Part shown: positions 52,412-64,000 of the stretch, in pieces
Layout of the letters: every line of letters starts with the position of its first letter
Numbering within the stretch: position 1 is the stretch's first letter
Assembly (NCBI GenBank): GCA_964188305.1
Contig: OZ076890.1
Origin: Podarcis bocagei
Lineage: Eukaryota
DNA length: 64,000 bases
Reading direction: 5' to 3' (one strand)
The notes under the pieces: model-generated
What the model was told of the DNA's origin: nothing
Seen by the model: only the letters and a program-made list of their open reading frames with translations
The model's database searches: none
Position numbers and translations under genes: made by a program

Positions 52412-52823
52412 CTTCATAACTCTGTAAGAGATTATGGCGTACACTGCTTGCTGACTGATCAGAAGGACTTTTCGATGGTGACTGACTGCCTCCTGGAACA
52501 AGAGAATTGGCATAGTGCCACTGGCACTCTCCACTTGTCTGCAAAGTACTTAAGAAAAATCGAGCTACTTCGCAAGGTGTTCCTTGAGATTGCCCAAATT
52601 TAGAAGGCAGCATTTGTTTTTTGCTACTGAATACATGAGGGTCTACAGGGAAGTGTCCATAATGGTAAGAGAAAGGTAAGCTGTACGATGGGGTGTATAA
52701 AAGTTCGCTGTTTTCTGAATGGAAGGCTTGTTCTTGGATGGTGGCAGAATTTGCTGTGGAGTTGGATCTCCAGCTTCCAACCTGGCCACATTCCAGTTTG
52801 TCTGTCTGGAAGGAGCTGTATTG
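52412..52823 (-). CDS. SIM2: SIM2 412-bp exon (exon 10)
   Basis: ttttcag acceptor and gtgtgt donor. Translates QYSSFQTDKLECGQVGSW...LLYTPSYSLPFSYHYGHFPVDPHVFSSKKQMLPSKFGQSQGTPCEVARFFLSTL...RHNLLQSYE. Confidence 0.95.
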
Positions 52824-54204
52824 CTGAAAAAGCAAATAAAAAGAAAGAAAAGTGTTTAATAGCTGACTCTGAAATCTGTCAGTATAACAGACTAACAGAG
52901 TGCACTGCAGCCAAGTACCACCTTGAACTGCAGTCACACCAGTTCATATAAACTAAGAGAAGTTGGCAGCACTTAATTTCTAAAGAGAGGAACTGGAGCG
53001 CAAGCCTTTCTGGCATTTTTCTGGAAGCTCTGCTCCTTAATCCTATGTGTGATGGACAAGCTATAGCTTCAGTGGTGAGGGAGGGAGGCATTCTGCACAT
53101 GCTTGGAAACACTTTAAAATGATTTCACATATTCTGTTTAGCTGGCAAGATTTCTGAGGGCCACAAAGAGGTCTGGGGGACCTGATGTCGTGCCCCCCTG
53201 CACTGAGGTGGGAACATCTGCTTCCCATTGGCTTGTTCTTGATCTGACACACTTATGTTGCTTTGGATTGAAAGCTCAAGGTCACCCCTACCTCCGTATT
53301 TCAAATCAGGCTGTCCAATTTCTTATTTGCTTTTTTCCAAGTGCCTACAAGTTTATCCACTCAAACATTTGCCTGCCCCTTTTTTCCATCTTACACTTAG
53401 AAAATTGCTCAGAAAGAGGTGAGAGCTAGCTTTGACATGAGGGTCAGCTAACCAGCAATGTGAGCAGCCTTGCTCCAAGGGAAGTTTCCTAATGACTGGC
53501 ACAAAGGCTTTGCACAGCACTGCTGGGAATGCTCTTCTGTCAGTCATTTTAAACATTCCCTAAAAGCAAGACTTTGCACATTGCTGGTATGGTGGTCCTC
53601 AAGGCAAAGATGGCTTCTGCTCCAAATCCAATCAGGAAAAGAAGACTGCAAGTCTCTCCGAAATGCAGTATCCAAATTATATACTCCCAAACTAGGGAGG
53701 AAACTACACCAGTCCTGAAGCTGGCAGATCTTTGGATGGACAGTTCAACCTTATTTTATTCTTCGTCCCTGCACTCTACCTTAGTCTTGTTCTTGTATCT
53801 ATTGTTAACACTCACCCTGAGCACCTTTCTGGACCTGGTCATGTATTATCTCCTTTCTGGCCATTTTGTACGATCTTGGTGGCTTTCTAAGCAAACTGTT
53901 GCATCTGTCAAAAGGGTGAATGCTGCTGTACAACTAGCTGTTGCACCACTGTAGTTCCCTGAATTGGTTGAAATAATTCAACCACAAGTGATACTGTATT
54001 GCTGCAACAGTTCATATTCTTGATGCTCTAAACTTGCAGTACTCAGTACCCCAAGCAGCAATTTGTAGGATCAGGCTATTAAAAGGAACAGAATTTATGA
54101 TATTTTGAATTGCAGGAAATTCCAGTGACTATTCACAGCTACTGTTGCAGATAGGTTGCCACACACTTTTAGCATGAAATGTTGATAGAGGGAAAAACTA
54201 CTAC

Positions 54205-54373
54205 CTGTTGTGGATATGGCGTTGTTCTGAGTTTTGTCTTCATTTTATTACTTCTAGGTTTTGTTGCTTTTCTTGTTTCTTGTGAGGTAGACGCTGAGTT
54301 TCTGCATGGAAACTGTGATTTAGAAATGGTGACCTGGTCCAATGATAATGGGAGTTCCTTATATTCTATATCT
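54205..54373 (-). CDS. SIM2: SIM2 169-bp exon (exon 9, contains the basic NLS)
   Basis: ttttcag acceptor and gtagta donor. Translates DIEYKELPLSLDQVTISKSQFPCRNSASTSQETRKATKPRSNKMKTKLRTTPYPQQ; RKxxKxxxxKxKxKxR resembles the SIM NLS. Confidence 0.95.
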
Positions 54374-54458
54374 CTGAAAAAACAACAACAGCATTGCAAC
54401 AGAGGAATGGTCCATTTGCGTCTTTCTCCTCATTTAGGTGCCCCCAAGCATTTAAATT

Positions 54459-54808
54459 GGGGCGGGGGGAGAACCTCAGGCCTAAGGTGCCAATGTGATC
54501 CTTTGGGCCTCTCTAGCTCGCCCTTGGGACTCTGCAAGCCATGCATCACCCAACGCTCCTTGAATGCTCTTGCCTAGCTGTACTGTTTCCTTGAACTATG
54601 ATAGTATCTCTCAGATGCCTAGATGGAAACTGTGCGTGTATACACACGTGTACAGCAGGCTGCATTCCAGGTGCACACAAGGTAAAAATCACACCCTTTG
54701 CTCTATCTACTTTTGCCTCCAGCCTTGCCCCCTGCTGGCACATAACCCCTGTAAAGGTAACCCTGAGTGTATGTTTCCCTCACACTGAAAAAAGGTTCTC
54801 CAACCCTG
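54459..54808. mobile_element. Decayed hAT-like element in SIM2 intron 8
   Basis: Inverted ends ggggagaacct and aggttctccaaccctg. Confidence 0.45.
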
Positions 54809-55329
54809 GCATAAAGAAAGCTTCAAAAAATAATACCAGACATGCCACAGTCACTGGACTATTAAAACTGAATCCTTAATGCACAAAGAAATGATAGGAA
54901 GTGTTGGTAGCGGTGAAGCTAGTTTAGGAGTTCAATTCAGGACACTTGAACTCCAGACACTGTCAGAGAGGAGTAACTGGGCCACCTCTCATACTTTCAA
55001 AGCTTTCATTCAACTGCCTCTATAATACTGTGTATGTAAGCAGTTATTTGATATACACTCTCAACCTGTCATTTGTTCATAGTTGTGCAGTTGAACCCAT
55101 AAATAGTTAATAATATATTTGAAAAATGGCTGCCCTTCTCCATCCTAAAGTAATAGTCTGCCTCCGTGTCATAAGAATGGTTATCTCCTTAGGTTGTTTT
55201 TTTGTTTAATTAGTTTTCTGGAGTTGTTTTTTTGTCATCAGCTGATCTGCACCTGCATTTTCTCTAAAAGAGCTGCATTTATCCCAATGCCATTTTAGTT
55301 CATTAATATGTCACAGTGTAGGATTAGAG

Positions 55330-55648
55330 CAGGACCAGCCCTACCATTAGGCAGAGCAAGGTGGACATCTCAGGTGGCAGATGCTGGAGTGCAGGAAGGC
55401 AGTAGCAGCATTGCCCCCTGATCCCTACCCCAGCTGTGCCTCTCTGATGCAGAATAGAATTACGTGAGTGCAATGCAGCCTGCATTGTGCCTCCTAAGGT
55501 AGACTGCTCCCTTGATGTGCAGCGAAAGATGCTGTACAATTGCCAGTGTTGAAATAAGATTTAATTTCTAGTTCAGGCAACCTCTGTACATGGAAAGGGA
55601 TGTGCCCTCTTCTACCTTGTGTCAGGCAGCAAAACATCCGTGGCCCTG
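55330..55648. mobile_element. Decayed hAT-like MITE
   Basis: Ends caggaccagcccta and tggccctg; no clean TSD. Confidence 0.4.
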
Positions 55649-55996
55649 GTAGACGGACTTCAAGAAAGGTTTTCAATAATGTCATTTTATGTTATTTGAA
55701 ATGTAGTCATTCTTTTAGTTTTAGATTGGTTGTCTAAAACACAGTCTTCAGCTGTGAGATTGAAGCCCAGAAGTGAGTTGGCCATACCAAAATACTTCCC
55801 CCCCCCCCCAGGAAATGATGTATACCTTACTAAAACCTGATAGAGTATTATAAAGCACAACAAATATATATATATCGGTGATCAACATTTTAAAGTAACA
55901 AAGTGGAAATCAGGATGGAAGAATCAGATAAAGTTATCAACATGAGACACTGAATAAAATGAATGTGGTATACAATGGTAGGAAATATGGACTTAC

Positions 55997-56144
55997 GTTA
56001 GGACATAATTAACACTCACTATGCAGTGAGGTCGTGATGAGCGGCTGTTGTGTACAATCGTGGCATAGCTCTGGACCCAAACCCAGCCACTGTTCTTTGA
56101 CAGCAACCGATAGTACTTGGTTGTGACTTGTCCTTTCACCAACA
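55997..56144 (-). CDS. SIM2: SIM2 148-bp exon (exon 8, PAS-B/PAC)
   Basis: ttttatag acceptor and gtaagt donor. Translates [48 protein letters not shown](T). Confidence 0.97.
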
Positions 56145-58000
56145 CTATAAAACATAACATGAAAGGAATTTAATTATACTCATACTCTGCCTTTCCTCCA
56201 TGAAACTTGAGGTGGCATATTTAAGGCTCCCAGGTGACCTTCTATTCAGACATTGACCCAGACCTGCTTGGCTTAAGAAACTTTGTTACATCATTGATTT
56301 TCAGGCCATACCATTCTACTTTGGTTTATTTGTTTTTTAAAAAGAGCATTTTACCCTTATAATTGAACTTTCAAGCAAGGGCAATATTTCGGTTATTGTG
56401 ACTGAATGTTCTCTTAATACAGGTCTTATCTAATACAAAATCCAATAAATAAAACACAATCCTAGATACGTCTGCTCAGAAGTCCCACTAAACGTGTATA
56501 GAATTGCAGGCTAAAAACTCATTTGAGCCTTCGTTTGTGCTTTCTTGTACTCCTGGACTCTTGCCTAATTAAAAGTTTATCCAATTCTCTTATAGCTGTA
56601 ATACAAAATCTCAAACCAAAACGTGTTCTGCCTTCTGCCTTCTTGTATATCCTTTTCTTAACATCCCATATTGACTGTAGATTTAAGAATGAAGTGATAG
56701 GGAGAAAGAACATTTTGGACTATACTTTCTCAGTGGCTGCTTTCTGACAATCATATCTTGGCTTAATAAGCTGAGGTATGAATGAGCCTCATACACCTGT
56801 ATGTCGCTACTCTGCTCCTCTCTTTGTGCAAGACAGGAAATTTGCAGTTAACTATAGCTTCCTGTTACAACTGAAGCAGGAAACTATGGTTAATGGCTTC
56901 CAAACAAGCCAGGCTGTTTAACTTTAAAGCATGACTTTATATTTTAGCAGCTTATTGAAAAATAGTGGTTGCTCGCGATCCTGCAACCACTTCCATGAGC
57001 AGAGAAACGGGGCACCACAGTTTTGGGAACAAGCAGAAGTCCTGCTCAATACACGGAACTAGTTGTACAGTTGTCTAGCTTTAACCTAGAGTTCTTTCCT
57101 CACAGACCACTTCCCAAGCTTCCTGATGCATGTATTTTTTCAGAAAATTAAAACATCTCTATTAAGTCGATATGCATGCCCTGAAGAGAATTTGGATTCT
57201 CTTACTATAGATTAGTTCAGCTAAGATAGCCGGTGCCTGAAGGTTCTTTACATTTATTACTCAGAGCCAAACAACATACCCAATTTCCATTATAAATGTT
57301 ACTGCCTTCCACAGCAGCCATTTGCTCCCAAAGGTGCTGTAAACAGTTGTGAGAGGACAATATTTGGTGGGAAATCAATGCAGAGCTCCAAAACGCTGCT
57401 TTAACTTCAAAATAAAAGTTCTCAGGCTTGTCTAAAAAGTGTGAATTATTTGTTGTTGCTATTTATTAAATTTATCCAGGCAGCCTTTGAACACGTGAAT
57501 TCTGTCACTACTGCACTGTCAGAATACCAAAGAAATTCATTATGATTAAAAAGGAGTTGCCTAATCTGTAATACACATGAAATCCAGAGAATTGTGCACA
57601 AATATAATTCCTACCCTAGTCATCCTGATAGCTTGGCATGTTGATAATGAAGTTCTTTAGGAAATCTACTAGTATTGGAGCAACAGCTGTAACAAACTGT
57701 CAGTCACTTCGTCTTCTTCCAGCACTAGCTCACATTTTCTTAACTTGAAGAATATGGATATGAATTATCTCTGATTCATCAATTTACTTTGCCTTCAAAA
57801 TTTCTTCCAGCAGCTTCACATATTAAAAAGTTACGCCAATGAATTAATATGAAACCCAGGTGTAGAGAATACATTACCATTTTACATGTGAGTTTTTTAC
57901 TAGGAAAGCTGTGCCTAGTCATAGTTTCCCAGCACTTATACTGTGAATAACTCACATCAACATCATTACAAAATTATTTTACTTGTTTTCCATTACTTAC

Positions 58001-58107
58001 AAAGATGGTGAGCATATCGTAAATGAAATACATCACATCCATGCACATGGTGGTAGAGAGTTTTCTCTATCAGGTCCTGTGGCTCATATCCAGTTAATTC
58101 AGTCACT
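58001..58107 (-). CDS. SIM2: SIM2 107-bp exon (exon 7, PAS-B)
   Basis: ttttag acceptor and gtaagt donor. Translates [35 protein letters not shown](L). Confidence 0.97.
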
Positions 58108-58930
58108 CTAAAAGAAAGAAATATAGCTAATAAGCAGCATCCTTAAATATTTTACAGCAATAAACAATTGCTCTCCTTTTCCAGAAATCAAGTTTCCCGA
58201 AACCTTCAGAATTACAGTAAGCCCACAATTTATGCACATTTAAGTTGTGCGCATTCAGTTTTACGTGCTTGGCAAAAAGCAGTTTTAGAAAATCAAAAGG
58301 GGCAGAAAGGGGGTAGACATCTGAGAAAAAAGACTCTGGCAATCCCAGCTGCTATTGAACCCAATGTGTTTTGACTATCCACAATTTTGGCTTAAGAAGC
58401 AATCCCTGGAATGTAACCCCCACATAAGTTGCAGGCTTACAGTGTACATTTGTTTTTAACGTTATTAGCTTCATAGAGTACAAAATCTCAACAATATATT
58501 TAAAATACCTATATGCATTTCAGTATAAAGGATTATGCTGAAATATATCAAGCATTACATAGCACCAATCTATTATAGGGGAATGCTATAATAACAATTC
58601 TCACTTTTAAGCAGAAACATCTTAGGTGGCTGTTCCATTTTGTAAGATAATGGGTAGGTATGGTGTTGACTGGTTAATGGGACAGAGGATGAATATTTGC
58701 TCACATTCAGAATTGCCAAAGGATACAACTAGCAGTACTGCAGGATAAGATATATGGCACAGATGAAATGAATTGTGGGGCCTCCTACAGGGACTCTGGG
58801 ACAATATTACAGACTAAAAGGGTACATAAGAGCTAGCTTCCTACTAGAGCAGCTGCTGGATACTATTAAGTCTCATTCCTGGTCCAAATGTGGCAGTTGT
58901 TATTTCTTTGGGATGCATTAAATTTATGAC

Positions 58931-58993
58931 TTGGCCCTCCAGCTGTTTTGGGACTACAACTCCCATCATCCCTAGCTAACAGGACCAGTGGTC
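58931..58993. mobile_element. Half copy of the palindromic hAT MITE
   Basis: ggccctccagctgttttgggactacaactcccatcatccctagctaacaggaccagtggtc. Confidence 0.75.
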
Positions 58994-59680
58994 TGGTCAT
59001 GCCTGGTCTAAATGCTTTATTGCTATCTGTTTGCCTGAGTAGGGAGGGCGGGGGATACATTCTAAGTGTGCTCAATAGTATGTATCGACAATGTTGTAGT
59101 CGGTTTTTCAAACAAATTTATTACTGTCTTGTGAGCTTCCTTCTGTGCTTAGAGAGCTACTCAAGGAAAGAGTAAGCAAAAATCATTTTCTTTACTGCTG
59201 GCAAACCCACAAGTGACATTTACCTTTTGCCAAGATTAATGAATATAACAGGAGTGATTAATCTGTAGGGCCTGTAATCATTTTATAAATATAAGCGAGC
59301 ATAAAAGAAATTAGATACTTGTCTTAGGAGAAGGAATAACAGATAGCAGTGTCCCTTAAGAGGGATGAAAAGAACATTTAAGTTAGATATTACAGAATAA
59401 CAGGACAATGAATACTGCAACACAAATAACTTGGGTACAGAAAAAAATACTAAGGCCCTACCACTGAGGATAAAAGGATAAAATATGCCTTCTGCAGCAC
59501 CTGTACGATGTGAAAGTGTGATCATTTCACTGTCTGGACACAAGATTTGCACAGTTACAGCCTTCACTGCAATATAACTCATGTGATAAGCTATTATTAT
59601 TACTACAGGTCCTCTCAGCAGGAATCTCATGATGTAGCCATAGGGCAAAGCTATCTTGTCTTAACTGGTCTTTAAAGATA

Positions 59681-60088
59681 CTGTACTTTTCTGTGTATAA
59701 CACGCCCCCTATTATGGGGGGCTGAAAATTAAGAAAAGGGGTGATTTGGGGGGGAGGACTGCCCAGAATTGTTGAGCTTAGGGGGGGCAGAGTTGTTGAG
59801 CTTTTTTGGGGGGGGTGCCAAAAAATCGCTCACCCACCAGACCAACAATGCCGTTCGCACACATCGCCAAATCAACCAATCCTCTCTCCCAACACTGAAA
59901 AAAGCAACACATCGGCTGCCCAATTGCCACAGTGACAGCCAATCAACACCAGCCCTTGCCACAGCCACCAATAACAATCTCCAACTAGCAGCAACCAATC
60001 CGATATCCCGACAATGCACACTACCCTTGTATAAAACGACCCCTAATTTTGAGTAAAAATGCATAGTCTTATACACAGAAAAGTACGG
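59681..60088. mobile_element. TcMar (Tc2-like, CCGTA termini) MITE, 408 bp
   Basis: 23-bp TIR C(T/C)GTACTTTTCTGTGTATAA(C/G)AC, TA on both sides. Confidence 0.88.
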
Positions 60089-60216
60089 TAATCCAGATTT
60101 ATCTAGGCATCAGAATGCTAAACCCATCCACATTGTCCATCTTGTTTGTCACCCAAGTCTTTGATTATCAATAGATATCAGAGAAGGTGCTATTATTACT
60201 TAGAACAATGATACTA

Positions 60217-60561
60217 CAGTGGTGCCTCGCAAGACGAAATTAATCCGTTCCGCGAGTCTCTTCGTCTAGCGGTTTTTTCGTCTTGCGAAGCAACCCTATT
60301 AGCAGCTTGGCGGATTAGCGCTATTAGCGGTTTAGCGGCTATTAAAGGCTTAGCGGCTATTAAAGGATTAGCGGATTAGCGGCTAAAAGGCTATTAGCGG
60401 ATTAGAAAAAGGGGGGAAAGCGGGGGGGGGAATCGGAACACTTGCAAGACGTTTTCGTCTTGCAAAGCAAGCCCATAGGGAAAATCGTCTTGCGAAGCAG
60501 CTCAAAAACGGAAAACCCTTTCTTTTGTCTAGCGGGTTTTCCGTCTTGCAGGGCACCACTG
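60217..60561. mobile_element. TcMar MITE, copy 2 (opposite orientation, internal TTAGCGG repeats)
   Basis: Same TIRs and TA TSD; its left end matches the reverse complement of the right ends of copies 1 and 3. Confidence 0.92.
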
Positions 60562-61405
60562 TAAAGGGTTAGGGCAAGGCTTCCCCCTAACTGGTGCCCT
60601 GCAGATGTTTTGGACTTCATCATCAATGGCTGTGCTGTCTGATTACAGATAACAGCAAGAAAATGCTAATAAACTTTGTGACATTGATTTTTATCCTTTC
60701 CTTGGTGGGGGGAAAGCAATAGGGTATTCTACTCAAAAGCCTAAAATATAACTCTTTACAAAGGCATTATATAGAACTAATTTCCTGTTTGTAATGAACA
60801 CAGAAGAGGAAATGAGTTAATACAGCAAATGAAATCAAGCACTGCTGAGAGTATTCATTTTCCTCTACCACTAAGGTCATGAGTTTGTTATTTTGTCTTG
60901 AAGTCAACAGATTTTTCATTTATCTCTCAGGTTCAATATCTGGAAAGTTTTGAAAGTAGGATATAGAAATTTAGTAGCGTGCTTTTAGCCTCCTTTTGAA
61001 AACTGAGAGAAACAAATACTCATATGTCCACACCCCTACCCTATTAACTTTTCAGTTCTTCTCTACATTGTAACCTCCAGCACTGCTCCACTTGTAGATA
61101 ATTTTAAATTATTTCTCCACTAAAGTGTCAAAATGTACTGCTTAGCTGAACACCAAAGGAAATGTCACTTATAAGTAACAATAGGGGGGAAATTGAATTC
61201 AGTTAGCTTTTAAAGCCAAATTAATCAAATTCACACTCATCTGAATTTTGCTGTGCAGTTCTCCAACCAATGTTTACAAAAATGCATATATTAGAAAGAT
61301 ACGTGTATAAGAATGAATTATCTGTGAAAGCATACAGAAACACATTATATTAGTTAAAGTTGCTTTTAAAAATCTGTACATTAGTCAAAACTGCACACAA
61401 AAATA

Positions 61406-61713
61406 CAGTGGTGCCCCGCAAGACGAATGCCTCGCAAGACGGAAAACTCGCTAGACGAAAGAGTTTTCCGTTTTGGAGGTGCTTCGCAAAACGAATTTCC
61501 TATGGGCTTGCTTCGCAAGACAACAATGTCTTGCGAGTTCCTGCTGGTTCCCCCCCTTTTTCTAAGCCGCTAAGCAGCTTATCAGCTGATCCGATCAGCA
61601 GATAAGCCGCTAATATCGCGAATCCGTCAATGGGCTTGCTTTGCAAGACGAAAAAAACCGCTAGACGAAGAGAATCTCAGAACGGATTCTTTTAGTCTTG
61701 CGAGGCACCACTG
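61406..61713. mobile_element. TcMar MITE, copy 3, nested in an older AT-rich repeat
   Basis: Same TIRs and TA TSD. The flanks (about 61180-61870) look like one interrupted older element. Confidence 0.9.
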
Positions 61714-62592
61714 TATGTTTAGGAGGATAAATTTGCCTACTAAATTTGCACTAAAATGCTAAAGAATTTTCATGAGGATTAAAAATAAATAAATCAAAAA
61801 TTGCTGCAGAACTGAAGACTGGAAAAAAATGAGAAGCTTAAAGAATAAAAAATGACAGATCCTTTCATTCCAATTTATGATCAAAAAATTATCTGTAGCT
61901 CACATAGCACAGACATAATTCAGTGTCTTACCCCAGTACATGAGTCGACCAAAAAACTACTGGGTTAACAACTAGTATTCCCTTTTCACTTCACTCTAGA
62001 TACAAGAGTTTAACTATATATTAGTAATATAAAATGCTGTCAAATACGAAACACCATTGCGTAGCAACTATGAGATATTTTCAAATATACCCATATCAAA
62101 TATCAACAGATGTCATGAGCAATATTTCAGTTCGAGAAATATTTACAAAGTCAACTTCACAACCTACTGTTTCTGTCCAATATCCCTTTCCCTATTATTT
62201 TTAAATTTTGCTAAACTGGGAGCAAGACAAAACAAAACATCTCAGTAAAGACAAAGACAAACATGACCAAGAAACAGCAACACGGCTGCTGACAAAACAG
62301 CAAATGTTATTATTGTGAATTTATAGTAAGTTGTTGCTTAGACTGCTTTGACCATATTTATAATTAAATGGTCCATAAACAAACAAACCATTAGTGTGAA
62401 TTAGTTTTATTTCTTTTTAACATGCAGTGGTTTAGGGCTGGGTGAGGTATGTTGTACACAGCAGGAACAGCAAAAGAAGACTCTCCTGTTCTTTTATTTC
62501 TGTGGAAATTCAGCATTTTAGCAGCAAAGGCCTATTTTGTATTAGTTAGGATTCAAGCCAATATTGACATTGCATCTTACAAATGGCTATTT

Positions 62593-62660
62593 TCATAGAA
62601 TCATAGAACTGTAGAATTGGAAGGTACCCAGAGGATCATCTAGTCCAACCTCCAGCATTC
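62593..62660 (-). mobile_element. CR1 3' terminus
   Basis: tcatagaatcatagaactgtagaattggaagg...atctagtccaacc is the reverse complement of a CR1 end. Confidence 0.8.
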
Positions 62661-63240
62661 CCATATTATGGTATGCAAGCTATACAAACTGTGACCTTGG
62701 GAAGAAAAGATGGAGCAAATATAGTTTTGTGATAAAAGTACAAACTAAGAACTTCAGAGTCCTGGTATGAAGTTTTGCCAACGGCTTTCTATTTGAGCTG
62801 TGCCTCATTTGTCAACTTTGTCATGGAGCAACTTAGTACTTCTTCTATTCTCCACTTTGCATAATTAAAAGAATGTCCAGTCTTCAAAAGACAACCTCAG
62901 TCTTCCAGTAATTTTGGTTAACTCAAATTTCAACCATTACCACTAGACGCTACCAAATAAAAGTATTTACTCCATGAGCAGTGGCTTGTCCTACAGTGAT
63001 CCTTAAAGTGTCACTTTATCCTATGTTCATGTTAAAGGCGTAACACCTATAACATACAACAAAGCTTCATTTTCAAATGCTGTAACAATTCAAAGATAAT
63101 ATTGTTGCTACAGTTTTGTGTGGATTCTATTGTTCTCTTGCTGTTTTTTCAGCTTTATATTTTTCAGCTATCTTTTGCAAGTTGCCACAAGCATATGGGA
63201 AAATGGAACAGCCATTTTTTAAAAATAAATTTTTACTTAC

Positions 63241-63440
63241 CTTGAATCTAGAAATATCAGTTTTAGATCTAGGCTTGCTCTGAACATAAACATGTTACTA
63301 TGGAGTTTGATCTCAGTGATTGCACTCGGAGGTAATGATTGACCTACAGCAACCAGCCCCACAATTTGGTAACAGGTATCATACAAAGACATATCCAACA
63401 TGTACTGACGTATCTTCAAATAGCCACTGCAGTGGATCAC
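63241..63440 (-). CDS. SIM2: Single-minded homolog 2, 200-bp exon (exon 6 by mammalian numbering; inter-PAS region into PAS-B)
   Basis: Minus-strand ccag acceptor and gtaagt donor. Translates [66 protein letters not shown](R). Confidence 0.97.
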
Positions 63441-63537
63441 CTGGTATAATATGGGAGAAAAAAGGTACAGTTATGAAGGGGAAACGAATGACTAAGATGG
63501 CCTCTTGACAATACTGTTCACCTAAAATCTCTAGGAT

Positions 63538-63541
<4 letters not shown>

Positions 63542-63603
<62 letters not shown>

Positions 63604-63608
63604 TGTGT
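63542..63608 (+). repeat. Compound (TC)n(TG)n microsatellite in SIM2 intron 5
   Basis: Read directly from the sequence. Confidence 0.95.
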
Positions 63609-64000
63609 TTCCTGAGTGGTCTTTTTACAGGTGAATTGGTAATTTTAAAGCAAAAGTCAACATATACCATGTATCGCATGCCAACACTATATGACAATTA
63701 AGCTGACATTAAATTGCAAAGATCTTGACTCAACATTCTCTAGATGCATTCAGAGTATCAAATTATTTTTGTGGCCCTCTGAATATTTATTATACATTAT
63801 CTTATTATAACATAATGGTCAATGTGAAATATCCAGATAAAATTTGATTTCCTTTGCATAAACCTAATTAAACATGCATACACACAAATTTAAATTATAC
63901 ATTTGATCAACCTATGTTGAAATGCACACACAGAACACTGTTTGGTGTTTGTACCGAAGTCTTGCCATAAACAGTTATTGGCTTGGAAGGAGGGAGGCAG

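Noticed and set aside
50486-54577. Plus-strand ORFs antisense to SIM2 (50486-50866, 53574-53954, 54179-54577)
   Set aside because: These are shadow or chance ORFs with no domain, mostly non-ATG starts and no splice support.
30006-58267. TACGTG SIM/ARNT (CME/HRE) sites as autoregulation (30006, 47896 reverse, 49678, 55461, 58262)
   Set aside because: About five unclustered hexamers in 64 kb is compatible with chance.
60297-60405. Interstitial telomeric repeat
   Set aside because: The unit is TTAGCGG-like, not TTAGGG, and it lies inside a MITE.
50649-63440. Assignment as SIM1 or NPAS1/3
   Set aside because: YMLDMSLYD, the exon-10 YSLPFSYHYGHFP motif, the IANGR ending and adjacency to HLCS all fit SIM2.
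1-64000. A novel multi-gene or prokaryote-type system
   Set aside because: All credible coding sequence is explained by HLCS, SIM2 and decayed LINEs. I saw no intact transposase, viral ORF or RNA-gene array.

Overview
This is AT-rich, CpG-depleted vertebrate DNA. The repeats (Sauria SINE, Squam-type SINEs, L2/CR1/L1 relics, hAT and Tc1/mariner MITEs) point to a squamate, probably a lacertid lizard. Two genes converge tail-to-tail. On the + strand are the last five coding exons of HLCS (holocarboxylase synthetase, 31936-39593); positions 1-31935 appear to lie inside its very large preceding intron. On the - strand are the last six coding exons of the bHLH-PAS factor SIM2 (63440-50649). All 11 exons have GT/AG boundaries and consistent phases. 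The other ORF-track entries are spurious or TE-derived. I found no convincing novel protein-coding system. The leads most worth checking are: a possible SIM2 short isoform made by reading through a weak exon-10 donor; a TcMar MITE family with a variable core, a nascent minisatellite and an inverted pair in SIM2 intron 6; a young L1-type insertion with a 19-bp TSD; a near-perfect hairpin MITE; and CpG-retaining unique segments in HLCS introns that may be SIM2 enhancers. Exon numbering and human comparisons are from memory, not from a search.
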